A stretch of DNA of 64,000 bases from contig CAZHNS010000009.1 in assembly GCA_964534175.1 (NCBI GenBank), positions 460 to 64,459 on the forward strand. The letters run 5' to 3'. Below, one piece after another: positions 16,049-26,750 of the stretch. The notes beneath the pieces were generated by a model that saw only the letters and a program-made list of their open reading frames with translations, did no database searches and was not told the origin of the DNA. Within the stretch, counting starts at the first letter, position 1, and each line of letters opens with the position of its first letter. The position numbers and the translations under genes are program-made. This DNA is from an uncultured bacterium. Lineage in GTDB: Bacteria; Hydrothermota; UBA3072.

Positions 16049-18157
16049 TTACCTCGGGGTTGCATCCGGGAGTCCACCATCAACAGGAATAGTAGAACCC
16101 GTTGTTGGAGTCTGACGGGTCGCGAAGAATAGAACTACCTTTGCAACATGTTCAGCAGTTACTTTCACCTTAAGGAGGTTTCGCTTTCTATAATATTCCG
16201 GAAGCTTCTTCTCGGAGAGACCCCTTGCTCGCATGCGGTCCGGCCCAACTTCAGCCCATAATCCGGATTTCCGCTTACCGTGAGAAAATACTGCATCGGG
16301 AGAAATCATATTTACTCTCACATCCATCTCCGCAAACTCAAGGCTTGCAATTCGAGCTAGTTGATGTGATGCTGACTTTGTTGCACTGTAAGCTCCGAAT
16401 TTGGCACCCGGTGCAAAAACGTTCTTAGTGGATATTACAATTATATCTCCTCCCGTTCCCTGGACTTTGAAATGCTTTCCCGATTCAGATAGGATATTAA
16501 GCGTACCTTCAATATTTACCTGTTCCAGTTTACGAAAAGCTTCTGTATTCATATCCATGAGAGATGAAACGTGAGCAACACCAGCATTCACAACCACCAG
16601 ATCAATTCCACCCCAATTTTGAACAACTTTTTCGAAACCATTTTTAACTGATTTTGGATTTGTTACATCAAGACCAACACCAATGACTCTTTCTTCATAC
16701 TTTTCCTTAAATTCATTTACCAATGAATCCAGATTATCCCCAGGTAAATCTGAAACAGCAACGTGACATCCTTCTTTAAGAAGTTCCTCGCAAATTCCAC
16801 TTCCGATCGCTCCTGCAGCCCCGGTTATTATTGCAACAGAGCTCTTAAGAGGAAGTTTATCTTTCCTGTTGAGCTTCGCATGTTGAAGGCTTCGATATTC
16901 CATATCAAAGAGATACGCTTCATTCAACCCCTCGTATTTTCCAATTGAAGAAATCTTCATCTTAGCAGATAAAGTCGAAACAGTGATATCTCTTACTATA
17001 TCAGCTGCTACTACATCCTTACCAGCGCATATTGCTCCTAAACCGGGTATTAGAATCACTCGAGGCATTGAATCAAAACGATTGAGTTTTCCTTTTATTT
17101 TTTTTGAATAACGCTCGAAATATTCATCATATTTTTTGGCATAATCTGCTATTGAATTCCTGATTTGTTCTCTTAATTTTTTATCATCATCATATTTAAG
17201 TTCGTTAATCCATAGTGGATAAGCTTTGGTTCTTATGAGATGGTCGGTAGTCAGGGGAGGTGTGAGTGCGATTTCTTTACCCTTATATGAATCAACAAGG
17301 TTTAGAATTTCTTTTTTTATTAGAGGTCTAAGTATAAAACGCGAGTATGGCCAGTCAGTATTTCCCGTCGGGACAGCAAGAAGACCCTTAAGGATAGGAG
17401 CAACCTTCAGATACCTTTTACTGGCAATCGATAAAGGTGTAGTTGTTTTTACTTTTAAAGTTTTCACGCCTTTCTTCGATAAATAACGTTCCGCTTTTGT
17501 TACAAGTTCAATTGTCCTCTGGTATGATTCTCGGGCGGTCTCTCCCCAGGTAAGCAGTCCATGTTTCATTAGGACCATACCTTTACAATCCGGATTTTCG
17601 TAAAATGCACTAGCAGCAGCTTTCGCCAGCTCAAACCCCGGCTTTTTGTATTCCAGTATGATTACATCGCTACCCAAAGCATCCCGGATAATTTTTTCTC
17701 CATCAATTTGATTAGTTAAAGCTAGAATAGCGTTTGAGTGAGTGTGGTCGATGTATTTCACGGGTATAAAAGCATGCATCAGAGTTTCAATTGAGGGAGT
17801 TCTGTCGGTAGCATTGAGCCGATGTGTTAATATTTCATTAACCATATCTTCATCGGAAAGTTTTTTTAGTTTTTGTAGTCGATTAAGATAATCAAGGTCA
17901 ATTCCTGTGTATCCATCCGGTTCAATATTCGAAAGATCCTGACCGGATGCCTTAACATAAACAACAGGAATTTTGTTCCCGAGAACACTTATGCATGTTC
18001 CTTTAACAGATGTATTCCCCCCGCCGTGAAGTACAAGTCCACTTTCCTCTCCAATAAGTCTACTTGTATAGATTCGGAGAGCTAGATCTTTTCCGAATTT
18101 TTTACCGTATTTAGCGAGAAACTTAGATGCCTCTTTCCCGCACCATCTATTTTTCAT
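16049..18157 (-). CDS. Bifunctional class II aldolase / short-chain dehydrogenase (RhaD/RhaEW-like fusion)
   Basis: SRLIG..LVLHGGGNTSVK, PSIETLMHAF..IDHTH (Zn site); SDR TGAAGAIG, VNAG, YSATK, VNMISPD, G..IPVDGG. Confidence 0.92.
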   Translation of the reverse strand: MKNRWCGKEASKFLAKYGKKFGKDLALRIYTSRLIGEESGLVLHGGGNTSVKGTCISVLGNKIPVVYVKASGQDLSNIEPDGYTGIDLDYLNRLQKLKKLSDEDMVNEILTHRLNATDRTPSIETLMHAFIPVKYIDHTHSNAILALTNQIDGEKIIRDALGSDVIILEYKKPGFELAKAAASAFYENPDCKGMVLMKHGLLTWGETARESYQRTIELVTKAERYLSKKGVKTLKVKTTTPLSIASKRYLKVAPILKGLLAVPTGNTDWPYSRFILRPLIKKEILNLVDSYKGKEIALTPPLTTDHLIRTKAYPLWINELKYDDDKKLREQIRNSIADYAKKYDEYFERYSKKIKGKLNRFDSMPRVILIPGLGAICAGKDVVAADIVRDITVSTLSAKMKISSIGKYEGLNEAYLFDMEYRSLQHAKLNRKDKLPLKSSVAIITGAAGAIGSGICEELLKEGCHVAVSDLPGDNLDSLVNEFKEKYEERVIGVGLDVTNPKSVKNGFEKVVQNWGGIDLVVVNAGVAHVSSLMDMNTEAFRKLEQVNIEGTLNILSESGKHFKVQGTGGDIIVISTKNVFAPGAKFGAYSATKSASHQLARIASLEFAEMDVRVNMISPDAVFSHGKRKSGLWAEVGPDRMRARGLSEKKLPEYYRKRNLLKVKVTAEHVAKVVLFFATRQTPTTGSTIPVDGGLPDATPR

Positions 18158-18864
18158 TTAATTTCCTTTAACATAAACTGGATGTTCCCTACTGGATCCT
18201 TTCCATCAAATATCGCGCTTCCGCTAACCAGGATATCAGCCCCTACTTTAGCAAACTCGGAAATATTACTTTTTTTAATACCTCCATCAAGACATAGTAG
18301 GATTTCCTTGTCAGAAGTAGAAATCAATTCCTTGACTTCCATAAATTTATCCGCATAAGAATCAAAGAAAGGGAATCCTTTTAAATGAATATCTACAGCA
18401 AGGACAACAATCATTTCAATATTATCAAGCAACCCTTTAATATGCTCAACAGGCGTATCGGGATCAACGGCAATGCCTCTTATTAATCCCCTCTCCGGGT
18501 CGTTTTTATTCTCCATTTTACCAAGATTCTTGAAAATCAAATTGACATCCTCCGGAGACTCCATATGAATAGTAATCATGTCAGCACCAGCATCTACATA
18601 TTCCCGGATTTTTTCTTCCGGACTCCTAATCATTAAATGAACATCTTTTAACAATTTAGTTTTTACAGCTTTTATAAATACTGGACCCACCGTTAATCTT
18701 TCTACAAAGCATCCATCCATAATATCAAAATGCATTAACTTTATATCTGTACCTTCGAGTAATTCAACTTCTCTACCAATTTCTAAAAAGTCGGCCGATG
18801 TTATCCCCACACTGAGCGTGGGCGAACTTCTGAGAAGAAGATTAAAGGCTTTATTGGCCGACAT
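18154..18864 (-). CDS. Ribulose-phosphate 3-epimerase family protein (LsrE/Rpe-like)
   Basis: HFDIMDG.F, DVHLMI, ITIHME, LDGGI, GAD.LVSGSAIF; the usual VNPGFGGQ loop is replaced by VDIHLKGFP. Confidence 0.88.
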   Translation of the reverse strand: MSANKAFNLLLRSSPTLSVGITSADFLEIGREVELLEGTDIKLMHFDIMDGCFVERLTVGPVFIKAVKTKLLKDVHLMIRSPEEKIREYVDAGADMITIHMESPEDVNLIFKNLGKMENKNDPERGLIRGIAVDPDTPVEHIKGLLDNIEMIVVLAVDIHLKGFPFFDSYADKFMEVKELISTSDKEILLCLDGGIKKSNISEFAKVGADILVSGSAIFDGKDPVGNIQFMLKEIK

Positions 18865-18873
18865 GAACTATCT

Positions 18874-19758
18874 TTACTTCTTTCCTTTCTTTAAAGTTTT
18901 ATATAACTCATACGCTTCTTTAGGAGACATATTTTCATGGACAACTTTTCTTACTGCCTGAATCATCGCAATTGGAGCTTCAGTTTGAAATATGTTACGT
19001 CCCATATCGACTCCACAGGCGCCCTGCTGGATTGCGTTGTATGCCATCTTGAGTGCATCAAGTTCCGGAACCTTTTTCCCGCCAGCTATAACTATAGGAA
19101 CAGGACAAGCTGCCGTTACGGTTTCAAAATCTTCAGGGACATAATATGTCTTGACATAAGACGCTCCCAGTTCAGCACATATTCTCGTTGCCAGGCGCAT
19201 ATATTTAGCGTCCCGTTTCATCTTTTTACCTACCGCAGTAACACCAAGAACAGGAATGCCATATTTGTGACCCATGTCCACAAGTCGTGTCAGGTTATGT
19301 ATCGATTTGGTTTCAAACTCACCTCCAATAAAAACCTGAACTGCAAGTGCTGCAACATTAAGACGTATTGCATCTTCTATATCAACGGCAATCTCCTCAT
19401 TTGAGAGCTCTTTAAGTATGCTCGGACCGCCGCTTGCTCTAAGAACGACCCCTTTTGTAAAAGTTGGAGGAATAGTCGAGCGTAGTATTCCTCGTGTACA
19501 CATCAAGGTATCAGCATATGGAAGCAGTGGCACAATACTTACATCGATTCTTTCCAAACCTGTGGTCGGACCGAGAAAATATCCGTGATCAACGGCAAGC
19601 ATCACAGTTCGATTGGTATTGGGATTGAAAATATTTGAAAATCTATTTTTCATACCCCATGCAATTGAGTTTGAGCCGCGAAGTGTAAAAGGCTCGTTCT
19701 TCATGGGGATATCCAGGTGATAATTGTGAGTTTTTTGAATTCCTTCTTTGTCTGCCAT
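18874..19758 (-). CDS. lsrF: 3-hydroxy-5-phosphonooxypentane-2,4-dione thiolase (LsrF family)
   Basis: PFTLRG..AWGMKNR..IFNP...[56 protein letters not shown]. Start at ATG 19758 after GGAGG. Confidence 0.93.
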   Translation of the reverse strand: MADKEGIQKTHNYHLDIPMKNEPFTLRGSNSIAWGMKNRFSNIFNPNTNRTVMLAVDHGYFLGPTTGLERIDVSIVPLLPYADTLMCTRGILRSTIPPTFTKGVVLRASGGPSILKELSNEEIAVDIEDAIRLNVAALAVQVFIGGEFETKSIHNLTRLVDMGHKYGIPVLGVTAVGKKMKRDAKYMRLATRICAELGASYVKTYYVPEDFETVTAACPVPIVIAGGKKVPELDALKMAYNAIQQGACGVDMGRNIFQTEAPIAMIQAVRKVVHENMSPKEAYELYKTLKKGKK

Positions 19759-19801
19759 GGCTTGTCCTCCTTTTATTTTATAGCCCTTTCTTATATCTGG
19801 C

Positions 19802-19830
19802 ATTATAAATATAGATTCTCCCTCTGTCAA
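19802..19830 (-). promoter_or_regulatory. lsrF operon promoter TTGACA-N17-TATAAT
   Basis: TGTCAA at 19825-19830, ATTATA at 19802-19807. Confidence 0.8.
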
Positions 19831-19867
19831 GGTGAAGAAAACCTGTAGATCCTTCGGATCAGTTAAT

Positions 19868-19990
19868 TGGGCAATTAGTAAATTTGTTAATTAGTAAAAA
19901 AGCTACAAGTCCTACATGTGTGATTTTTTTTATTATTTCTGCGGTTAGCGGATAGCCGCCAGCGGAAAATCTCTGTGTGCTCTGTGGTTT
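19868..19990. repeat. Short-period intergenic repeats
   Basis: GGCAATTAGTAAATTTGTTAATTAGTAAA; GCGGTTAGCGGATAGCCGCCAGCGG; CTCTGTGTGCTCTGTGGTT (reverse complement AACCACAGAGCACACAGAG, compare 946-983). Confidence 0.7.
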
Positions 19991-20010
19991 ATTTTTTCAG
20001 GGGCAGGGGT

Positions 20011-20637
20011 TTACAAATTCGCGAAATCACCAATCCCGATACTAAACTTCACATACCACTGGTGAAGAGGCATCTCTGGAGCGTTCTGTATCTCTATCTC
20101 CTCCATTCCCTCTAAAACCAATTGCGGTGTACGTAAGCTATATACATAACCGGTAGAAACACCACCAGCCAGATAATCCGATATAGCTAAAATCACACCC
20201 GTACTTGCCGAGAGAACGAAAGAGGAACCTTTGTAGTTAACGCTTCCTTCGGGATTCGAAAGTGACCCGGTGAAATCGATTATTTCATCCTCTTTAACTG
20301 ATTTCAAGTTTACCGAAGAATATCCACCCCCACCGCTCAAGAAAAAGATAAGACGGGAAAAGCTAACTGCGTAACCTAATTCAATCAATTTAGAATCAAA
20401 AGAAAGGTCCATCAACAGTGAATCTAAATCTGCTGTTTCACTTCCTTTCAATGATTTCATACCCAGAGCAAGGTTGTTTTCAATTAGAAGTAAACTCCAA
20501 CTCCACCCCCATTCCTTTTCCTTGAATCCTTGAGTAGACTCAATTCTTTCATTTAATTTATCGATTGTATAATGGGCAGTGTAATCCTTATCCACAGATA
20601 TGATTCCGGTAGAAAGCCCTAGTATTAGCAGCAACAT
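20011..20637 (-). CDS. Hypothetical outer-membrane beta-barrel protein
   Basis: Short signal peptide, Gly/aromatic amphipathic strands, abuts the upstream gene. Confidence 0.6.
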   Translation of the reverse strand: MLLLILGLSTGIISVDKDYTAHYTIDKLNERIESTQGFKEKEWGWSWSLLLIENNLALGMKSLKGSETADLDSLLMDLSFDSKLIELGYAVSFSRLIFFLSGGGGYSSVNLKSVKEDEIIDFTGSLSNPEGSVNYKGSSFVLSASTGVILAISDYLAGGVSTGYVYSLRTPQLVLEGMEEIEIQNAPEMPLHQWYVKFSIGIGDFANL

Positions 20638-21240
20638 TCAAAAATTTCTCCCCAATCTAAATACATACTCTACAATCCATTCATTATCATCACCGTTTCC
20701 AAAACCCTCTATCCAATCTTTGTTCTCGGAAAAAATAAAATCTGAAAAGGCTTCTGCCGATATAACAAAGCCGGCTAATTCACCCCTCAGGCCAGCTCCT
20801 CCACCAAGAGACAGGCTAAAACCCTCAAACTCATTACCGTTAAGACTTGTAACCACCTCACCTCCACTTACAAATCTCCAGCTACTAAAACCCAATCGCC
20901 CTGATAGATATGGGGAAAGCACAATCCTGAATGGAATCCAGTTAACGGAAAAACTCCCACTTAAATTCTCAAAATCTTCACCGACTACTTCCGAAAAGAA
21001 CTGCCGCTCTCCGAGAGAATCATACATAAAAGCCATAGTTCGAGTTGAAGCAGTAGCTGTCCCTTTCTGAATGGAAAAACTGTAATTCAGATTCGGGTTT
21101 ATATAAAAATCACAAAAAACCCCAAAAGAAGGTCCAAATTCCGGAGAAACAATATCGTTACCCTTCAATTCAAACATCCCGCCTTCAAGTCCGACCGTAA
21201 ATGAGAACAAAATATAAAATATCATAAATAACCTCCGCAC
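20638..21240 (-). CDS. Outer-membrane beta-barrel protein (OmpA/OmpW-like 8-strand type)
   Basis: Signal peptide, SPYLSGRLG, LGGGAGLR, C-terminal VEYVFRLGRNF. Confidence 0.7.
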   Translation of the reverse strand: MRRLFMIFYILFSFTVGLEGGMFELKGNDIVSPEFGPSFGVFCDFYINPNLNYSFSIQKGTATASTRTMAFMYDSLGERQFFSEVVGEDFENLSGSFSVNWIPFRIVLSPYLSGRLGFSSWRFVSGGEVVTSLNGNEFEGFSLSLGGGAGLRGELAGFVISAEAFSDFIFSENKDWIEGFGNGDDNEWIVEYVFRLGRNF

Positions 21241-21524
21241 CTTTCTTCAATTTCCTTTACCGTAAGCAAGAAACCTTCCTTAATCCATTCATCTTTTTTT
21301 TCTTCAATTTTCTTTCGAAAACTTTCAAAACCCTTATCATCAAGGCAAAACTTATACTGCGCAAAGTACCCCGGCCATATATGTGTATCAAGCTTGGGAT
21401 CAGTACCCTTCAATTTTCCAATAACTTTAGGAATCATAAAATACTCATCAACTTTTTCTTCTTCTAGTACTTCTTGGAACTGATCCTCTAACCCCATAAA
21501 TATGACAACTTCAATCTGTTTCAT
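21222..21524 (-). CDS. PII-like transporter-associated protein (PG0541 family)
   Basis: ~100 aa, IPKVIGK..GTDPKLDTHIWPG, directly after the RND permease. Confidence 0.8.
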   Translation of the reverse strand: MKQIEVVIFMGLEDQFQEVLEEEKVDEYFMIPKVIGKLKGTDPKLDTHIWPGYFAQYKFCLDDKGFESFRKKIEEKKDEWIKEGFLLTVKEIEERCGGYL

Positions 21525-24500
21525 TCTGACAATCTCCTTTTTAACTTTGATTCAAAAATCATATATAAAGTCGGAATTAAAAGCAGCGTTATGAAGGACG
21601 AAACAATCATACCCCCAACAACAGAAATACCGAGGGATTTCCATAAAACTGAACCGCTACCGGTAGAAAAGGCAAGAGGCAAAAGTCCAAAAACTGTAGT
21701 ACCTGTAGTCATAAGTATAGGTCTTAATCTTCTTTTAGCGCCGGTTTTAACAGCTTCCATCAAATCCATACCCCTTTTACGCAGGATATTGAAGTAATCT
21801 ATCATAACGATAGCATTGTTAACAACGATACCAACAAGCATCGCTATGCCAACCATACCCATAAGACTCATAGATTGAAAACTCACCCAGTAAGCAAGAG
21901 AGACTCCTACGAAAGCAAAAGGTACAGAAAACATTATTATGAAAGGATCAAAGAAAGACTCAAACTGCGCAGCCATAACAAGATATACAAGAATGATACC
22001 GAGCAATATAGCAAAAATCAGACTGCCAAAAGTTTCTCCCTGCTGCTCAACCTGACCCGCATAATTAATATTCAATCCCTTGGGTATGACAAAAGAATCT
22101 ACAACTTTCTTAACATCTCTCATAACATTTCCAAGCGCTCCAGAAACGCTTATCTTTAATACCACCATTCGTTCTTTATTCTTTCTTTCGACCGAAAGCG
22201 AAGCTCTCTTCTCTACGGGTTCTAGAAAATTGGATATATGAACAGGCATTCCCACTTGACTAACAAGCTGTAAATTATCTATGGTTTCAAAGGAATTTCT
22301 GCTCTCATCATCAAGCCTAACAATTATAGGATATTCTATACCTTCTTCACTGAATTTGCCAATCTCCGTACCGTAAAATGCGGTCCTGAGCTCCGAACCA
22401 GCCGTATAAGCAGAAAACCCGTATGAATACATCTCTGAAAGTCGGGGATCCAGCCATAATTCCCTTCCGCCTTTTTTTCTGGAAACCTCAATAGAGGAAA
22501 TACCTCTCACAGATACAAGTGCTTCTCTTAAAACCTCTGCTAGAGAATCGGCTTTTTCTAGATCGTCTCCGATTATTTCAACTTCAATAGGTGCACCTCC
22601 AAAAACGCCCTCATCGTCTCCACCGAACATTCCGCCTATAACGGAAAACTTGACTCTCTTTATCCCAGGAATATCAGCAACTTTTTCATTAAGTTCATCG
22701 GCGATTTGGAATTTAGATTTTTCTGTTTTTCCCATTGTGCTATATAAAGTAATCCAGTGAGACCCCTTTGCTCCTCCAAAAATATCTCCAGTACCACCTG
22801 CCTGTACCGTGACACTTTTCGTTTCAGGAACTTCTTTCCACATAAGTTCTTCTATTTTCTTAGCCATCTCGTTTGTCTTTTCTACTCTTGTTCCTATAGG
22901 AAGTTCGATGTTTGCCTGCAACTGGTCGCTACCAGGATTTGGAAAGAAATCCATTGGAACGAACCTAAATAGGAACATACCAATGATAAAGATAACAATA
23001 AATATACCTAATAGCTTTCCTCTACGCGTAAGAGCCCAATCTAACATTCCGGAATAACCAGATTCAAGCTTACCGAAAAATCTGTCAGCAAAACCTTCTT
23101 CCTTCTTCATTTTTAGGAATCTGGACGAAAGCATTGGTGCAAGTGTAATAGCAGTCAGAAAAGATACTGAAAGCATTAAAGGCATCGTTATTGCAAGTTC
23201 CTTAAACATAACAGCTACAAGTCCTCTTGTAAGCATTAAGGGTAAAAATATAACAATTGTCGTTACAGTCGATGCAAGTATTGCCTGGGAGACTTCCTGC
23301 GCGCCAAATATAGAAGCTTCTTTACGCGTCTCCCCGGATTCCCTATGACGGAAAACGTTTTCCAGAACAACAACGGCATTATCAACCACCATACCCACAG
23401 CGATAGCAATTGCAGAAAGGGATATAATATTTAGACTGCTGTCCGATAAATACAGATATATAAAAGAAATAATCAAAGAAACCGGAATAGCCACAGCAAT
23501 AATTATACTTGCTCTTATATTCCCAAGGAGCAGAAAAGAAACAACAAGGACAAGAAGAATTGCTATAGATATAGTATTTACAAGATTACTTATAGAATCT
23601 TCAACCATTTCCGAGAGATCAAAAATAACCTCAAAGTTAAGCCCGGGATATCTCTCCCCAAGTTCTTCCACCCTTTTCTTAACCAATTTCGCAACCTCTA
23701 CAGTATTTCCTCCGGATTTCTTAAATATACCGAACATAGCCGCATCCTTTCCATTTCTTCTAAAATATCCGTCTTTTTCTCCTACACCCCAGCTAACAGT
23801 CGCGATATCTCTTAACTCCACCAACTTACCATTATTATACCCAACTACAACTTTTTCGATATCTTCAAGGTTTTCAAATTTTCCTGGAAGCCTTAGACTG
23901 TACTCTATTCCTCCCTGTTCTAACTTACCAACAGGAAAATTTAGATTATTGGCTTGCAGAACCTGCGTAACCTGCATCAGAGAAACTCCAAGCTGCTCAA
24001 GCCTTACCTGTGAAATATCGATGTTAATTTGTTTCGATTCACCTCCACCCCAATAATCTGCGGAACCGACTCCGGGTACTCTCGAAAGTTCATCCAAAAC
24101 TCTGTCTTCAACTATACTCTTAATATCAACACCCGGATTCTCTGTCGACACGGTAAAACCAATGACCGGAGCCATCGAACCGGATATCTTAAACAACATA
24201 GGGTCTCCCGCATCATCAGGCAATATAGCGAACCCCAAGGCATCTCTCAAATCATTTGCAGCTTCATCAAGGTTGGTACCGTATTCAAACTCAAGGGAAA
24301 TAATGGACATGTTTTCCCTTGAATCGGATTTAATTGTTTTAAGATTTGCTACATTACCAAGCGCATCTTCCAATTCCTTCGAAACTTCTTCTTCAACATC
24401 TAACGCTGATGCTCCTCTGTATTCGGTCATTACCATTAAAGTAGGAAGCGTAACATCAGGATACAAAGAAACAGGGAGATTAGACCATCCGAATAATCCC

Positions 24501-24565
24501 AAAAGAACCAGAACAATAAAACCGACAGCAGTTAAAACAGGACGATTTACTGCTCCTTGTATCAT
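21521..24565 (-). CDS. RND efflux permease (AcrB/AcrD/AcrF family)
   Basis: 1014 aa; PVSLYPDV, GMVVDNAVVVLENVFRH, ILASTVTTIVIFLP, GIVVNNAIV, RLRPILMTT. Confidence 0.97.
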   Translation of the reverse strand: MIQGAVNRPVLTAVGFIVLVLLGLFGWSNLPVSLYPDVTLPTLMVMTEYRGASALDVEEEVSKELEDALGNVANLKTIKSDSRENMSIISLEFEYGTNLDEAANDLRDALGFAILPDDAGDPMLFKISGSMAPVIGFTVSTENPGVDIKSIVEDRVLDELSRVPGVGSADYWGGGESKQINIDISQVRLEQLGVSLMQVTQVLQANNLNFPVGKLEQGGIEYSLRLPGKFENLEDIEKVVVGYNNGKLVELRDIATVSWGVGEKDGYFRRNGKDAAMFGIFKKSGGNTVEVAKLVKKRVEELGERYPGLNFEVIFDLSEMVEDSISNLVNTISIAILLVLVVSFLLLGNIRASIIIAVAIPVSLIISFIYLYLSDSSLNIISLSAIAIAVGMVVDNAVVVLENVFRHRESGETRKEASIFGAQEVSQAILASTVTTIVIFLPLMLTRGLVAVMFKELAITMPLMLSVSFLTAITLAPMLSSRFLKMKKEEGFADRFFGKLESGYSGMLDWALTRRGKLLGIFIVIFIIGMFLFRFVPMDFFPNPGSDQLQANIELPIGTRVEKTNEMAKKIEELMWKEVPETKSVTVQAGGTGDIFGGAKGSHWITLYSTMGKTEKSKFQIADELNEKVADIPGIKRVKFSVIGGMFGGDDEGVFGGAPIEVEIIGDDLEKADSLAEVLREALVSVRGISSIEVSRKKGGRELWLDPRLSEMYSYGFSAYTAGSELRTAFYGTEIGKFSEEGIEYPIIVRLDDESRNSFETIDNLQLVSQVGMPVHISNFLEPVEKRASLSVERKNKERMVVLKISVSGALGNVMRDVKKVVDSFVIPKGLNINYAGQVEQQGETFGSLIFAILLGIILVYLVMAAQFESFFDPFIIMFSVPFAFVGVSLAYWVSFQSMSLMGMVGIAMLVGIVVNNAIVMIDYFNILRKRGMDLMEAVKTGAKRRLRPILMTTGTTVFGLLPLAFSTGSGSVLWKSLGISVVGGMIVSSFITLLLIPTLYMIFESKLKRRLSE

Positions 24566-25455
24566 CTTATCTCCTTTATATCTATTTTTGCACTATCTTT
24601 GACAATATTCTGCCCTACAACAATAACAGTATCACCGGCAGAAACACCTTCCCTTATAATCAAACTATTACCGTTAGTAAAACCAACACTAACTGGCGAA
24701 AGTAAAGCTATGCCTTTTTTAGCTTTGAAAACATATTTGTCAACCAACCCGATTACCGCGTCTATCGGAAGGGAAATGGCATTATTTTCACGCGCGACTT
24801 CTACCCAGACCTTGGCAAACATTCCTGGAAGAATTTCTTTTTTGGTATTTGGCACGACTCCCACGACATGCTGCGTCCTGCTGCTCGAATTGTAAAAAAC
24901 AGAAGCTTCTTCAACTTTACCTTCAAACATTTTAGAAAGAGAAGAAATCTCAACTTTTAACGGCAATCCCTCCTTGATATAAAATTTCTCCGGAACATCA
25001 AATTCAACTTTTATTCGGTCGATTCTCGCAACTTCAGCCAGAGGAGGTTCAGGAAACATGGGATCCTGCTGACGAATAAGCTGTCCTTTGTCAACAGAAC
25101 GTAAAGAAATAATACCAGGTATAGTACTTTTAACGGCAATCGGCTCTCTCTCAACCCCGGGTACATCCTGCTCCAGATAAGCTATAATCTGGTCTTTTTT
25201 CACCCACTGACCGTTTCCAACTGCATACTTTAGAAATCTTCCGGGTATATCGGGAAAAATTTGAGCCTGTTCTATGCCTTCTACCTGGGACGAAAAACTC
25301 ATAATCTTAACAGCATCTTTAACTTTGGCAGTAGTAACAACTACAGGAACATCTTTAACTTCTTCTTCAACTTTCGCTGCAGACATTTTCATTCTTATTA
25401 ATCCGGGTATACCTAAAAGCAAAACAATAACAATAATAAAAATCCACTTTTTCAT
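24562..25455 (-). CDS. RND periplasmic adaptor (MFP)
   Basis: N-terminal anchor, lipoyl-like VGNGQWVKKDQ, ILPGMFAKV, G+S.GD.VIVVGQ. Confidence 0.93.
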   Translation of the reverse strand: MKKWIFIIVIVLLLGIPGLIRMKMSAAKVEEEVKDVPVVVTTAKVKDAVKIMSFSSQVEGIEQAQIFPDIPGRFLKYAVGNGQWVKKDQIIAYLEQDVPGVEREPIAVKSTIPGIISLRSVDKGQLIRQQDPMFPEPPLAEVARIDRIKVEFDVPEKFYIKEGLPLKVEISSLSKMFEGKVEEASVFYNSSSRTQHVVGVVPNTKKEILPGMFAKVWVEVARENNAISLPIDAVIGLVDKYVFKAKKGIALLSPVSVGFTNGNSLIIREGVSAGDTVIVVGQNIVKDSAKIDIKEIR

Positions 25456-26750
25456 AATTCCTCCTTATCTATCATTGAGGCAATTTTAATTTGTTCTTTC
25501 GAAACAATAAGATTGTACTGAGCATTAAGATGGGAAAATTCTGCGCTTTTGAATCCCAATTCTATATCCTTATACTGAAGCGCAGATATATAACCGGCTC
25601 TGTACTGCTTATCCGCCATTTCGTACGCTTCTTTAGCCCTTTTTAACTGTTCCGCGGAAAGCATTAATTTTTGTTTGTTTAAGCTATATGTAAGAAGCTG
25701 ATTTTTTATATCCATCTTTATACCTTCTTCAATTATTTTCTCTCTAATAACAGATTGCTCGACCGATAGCCTGTATTTATCTATCGCATTTGTTCTTGAA
25801 AAGCCCTGAAAAATGGGAAGCGAAATGGCAATTGTTGCAGTCATATCATTATCCCATTCATTTAAAAACCCAATTGGCTTACCATACGAAAAACTTCCGG
25901 CAAATATTATATCAGGCAAGAAAGTAAGATACTGCAAAGATTTACCGAGTTTTGCCACTTCATTCAATTTTTTCATACTTTTAATCTCAGGTCTCCTACT
26001 AAGGGCAAAATTAGTCAATGAGTCAATATTAAAAGTATCGATATCTACTTCGATTTCTCCCGAAACATCCAAAACTGTATCCAAAGGAAGTCCCAACATT
26101 ATATTCAAACCCGCCCTGGCTTGCTCGACTCCGTTTCGGGCGTTTAACAATTCTGTTTTACGGCTATTAAACTCCGTCTCCGCTGATAGCAAATCGAGCT
26201 TTGTTATTCTACCCTGATTATACTGTATGCGGGCAGTTCTTAGGTGATCTTCGGACCGCTCAAGGGCACCTTCCGCTATTTTCGTACCCTCTTCCGCTAC
26301 AACAACACCGTAGAAAACAGTAACAAGATCTTTTATTAAATTAATTTTATTGGTTTCATGCTGTAAATTTTGAATATCTTTTCCTCTCGCTCCCATTTCT
26401 TTGGCTACAAACCTTTTCCCAAAAGTAAAAATCGGAAAATTCACCTGAAGAGAATTGCTATAATTATCAGCGTAACCGAGAGAAATATACTCCGTACTAC
26501 CATCAGCCATAGGCATCTCGAACTGAGGAACACTTAAAAGCCTTGTATAACTTGATTGCAGACTTATTGTCGGATAAAAAGACGCCCATGATTCCCTCAT
26601 TGCAATTTCAGCTTTTTTTACTTCAATCTCTGATATTTCCATATCTCTATTTCTATCCAGCGCTATTTTCTTCGCTTCCTCAAAAGTTAAAGAAAACAGA
26701 GACAAAGAAAACATCAAAAGAAGTATAGACACAAATCTAAACCTCAACAT
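25452..26750 (-). CDS. TolC family outer-membrane efflux protein
   Basis: Signal peptide, helical repeats, QYNQGRITKLDLLSAE, YRAG.IS. Confidence 0.93.
   Translation of the reverse strand: MLRFRFVSILLLMFSLSLFSLTFEEAKKIALDRNRDMEISEIEVKKAEIAMRESWASFYPTISLQSSYTRLLSVPQFEMPMADGSTEYISLGYADNYSNSLQVNFPIFTFGKRFVAKEMGARGKDIQNLQHETNKINLIKDLVTVFYGVVVAEEGTKIAEGALERSEDHLRTARIQYNQGRITKLDLLSAETEFNSRKTELLNARNGVEQARAGLNIMLGLPLDTVLDVSGEIEVDIDTFNIDSLTNFALSRRPEIKSMKKLNEVAKLGKSLQYLTFLPDIIFAGSFSYGKPIGFLNEWDNDMTATIAISLPIFQGFSRTNAIDKYRLSVEQSVIREKIIEEGIKMDIKNQLLTYSLNKQKLMLSAEQLKRAKEAYEMADKQYRAGYISALQYKDIELGFKSAEFSHLNAQYNLIVSKEQIKIASMIDKEEL

Noticed and set aside
16049-19830. Complete AI-2 quorum-sensing (lsr) operon or rhamnose operon
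   Set aside because: No lsrK, lsrG, lsrR or ABC transporter, and no rhaA/rhaB in the window
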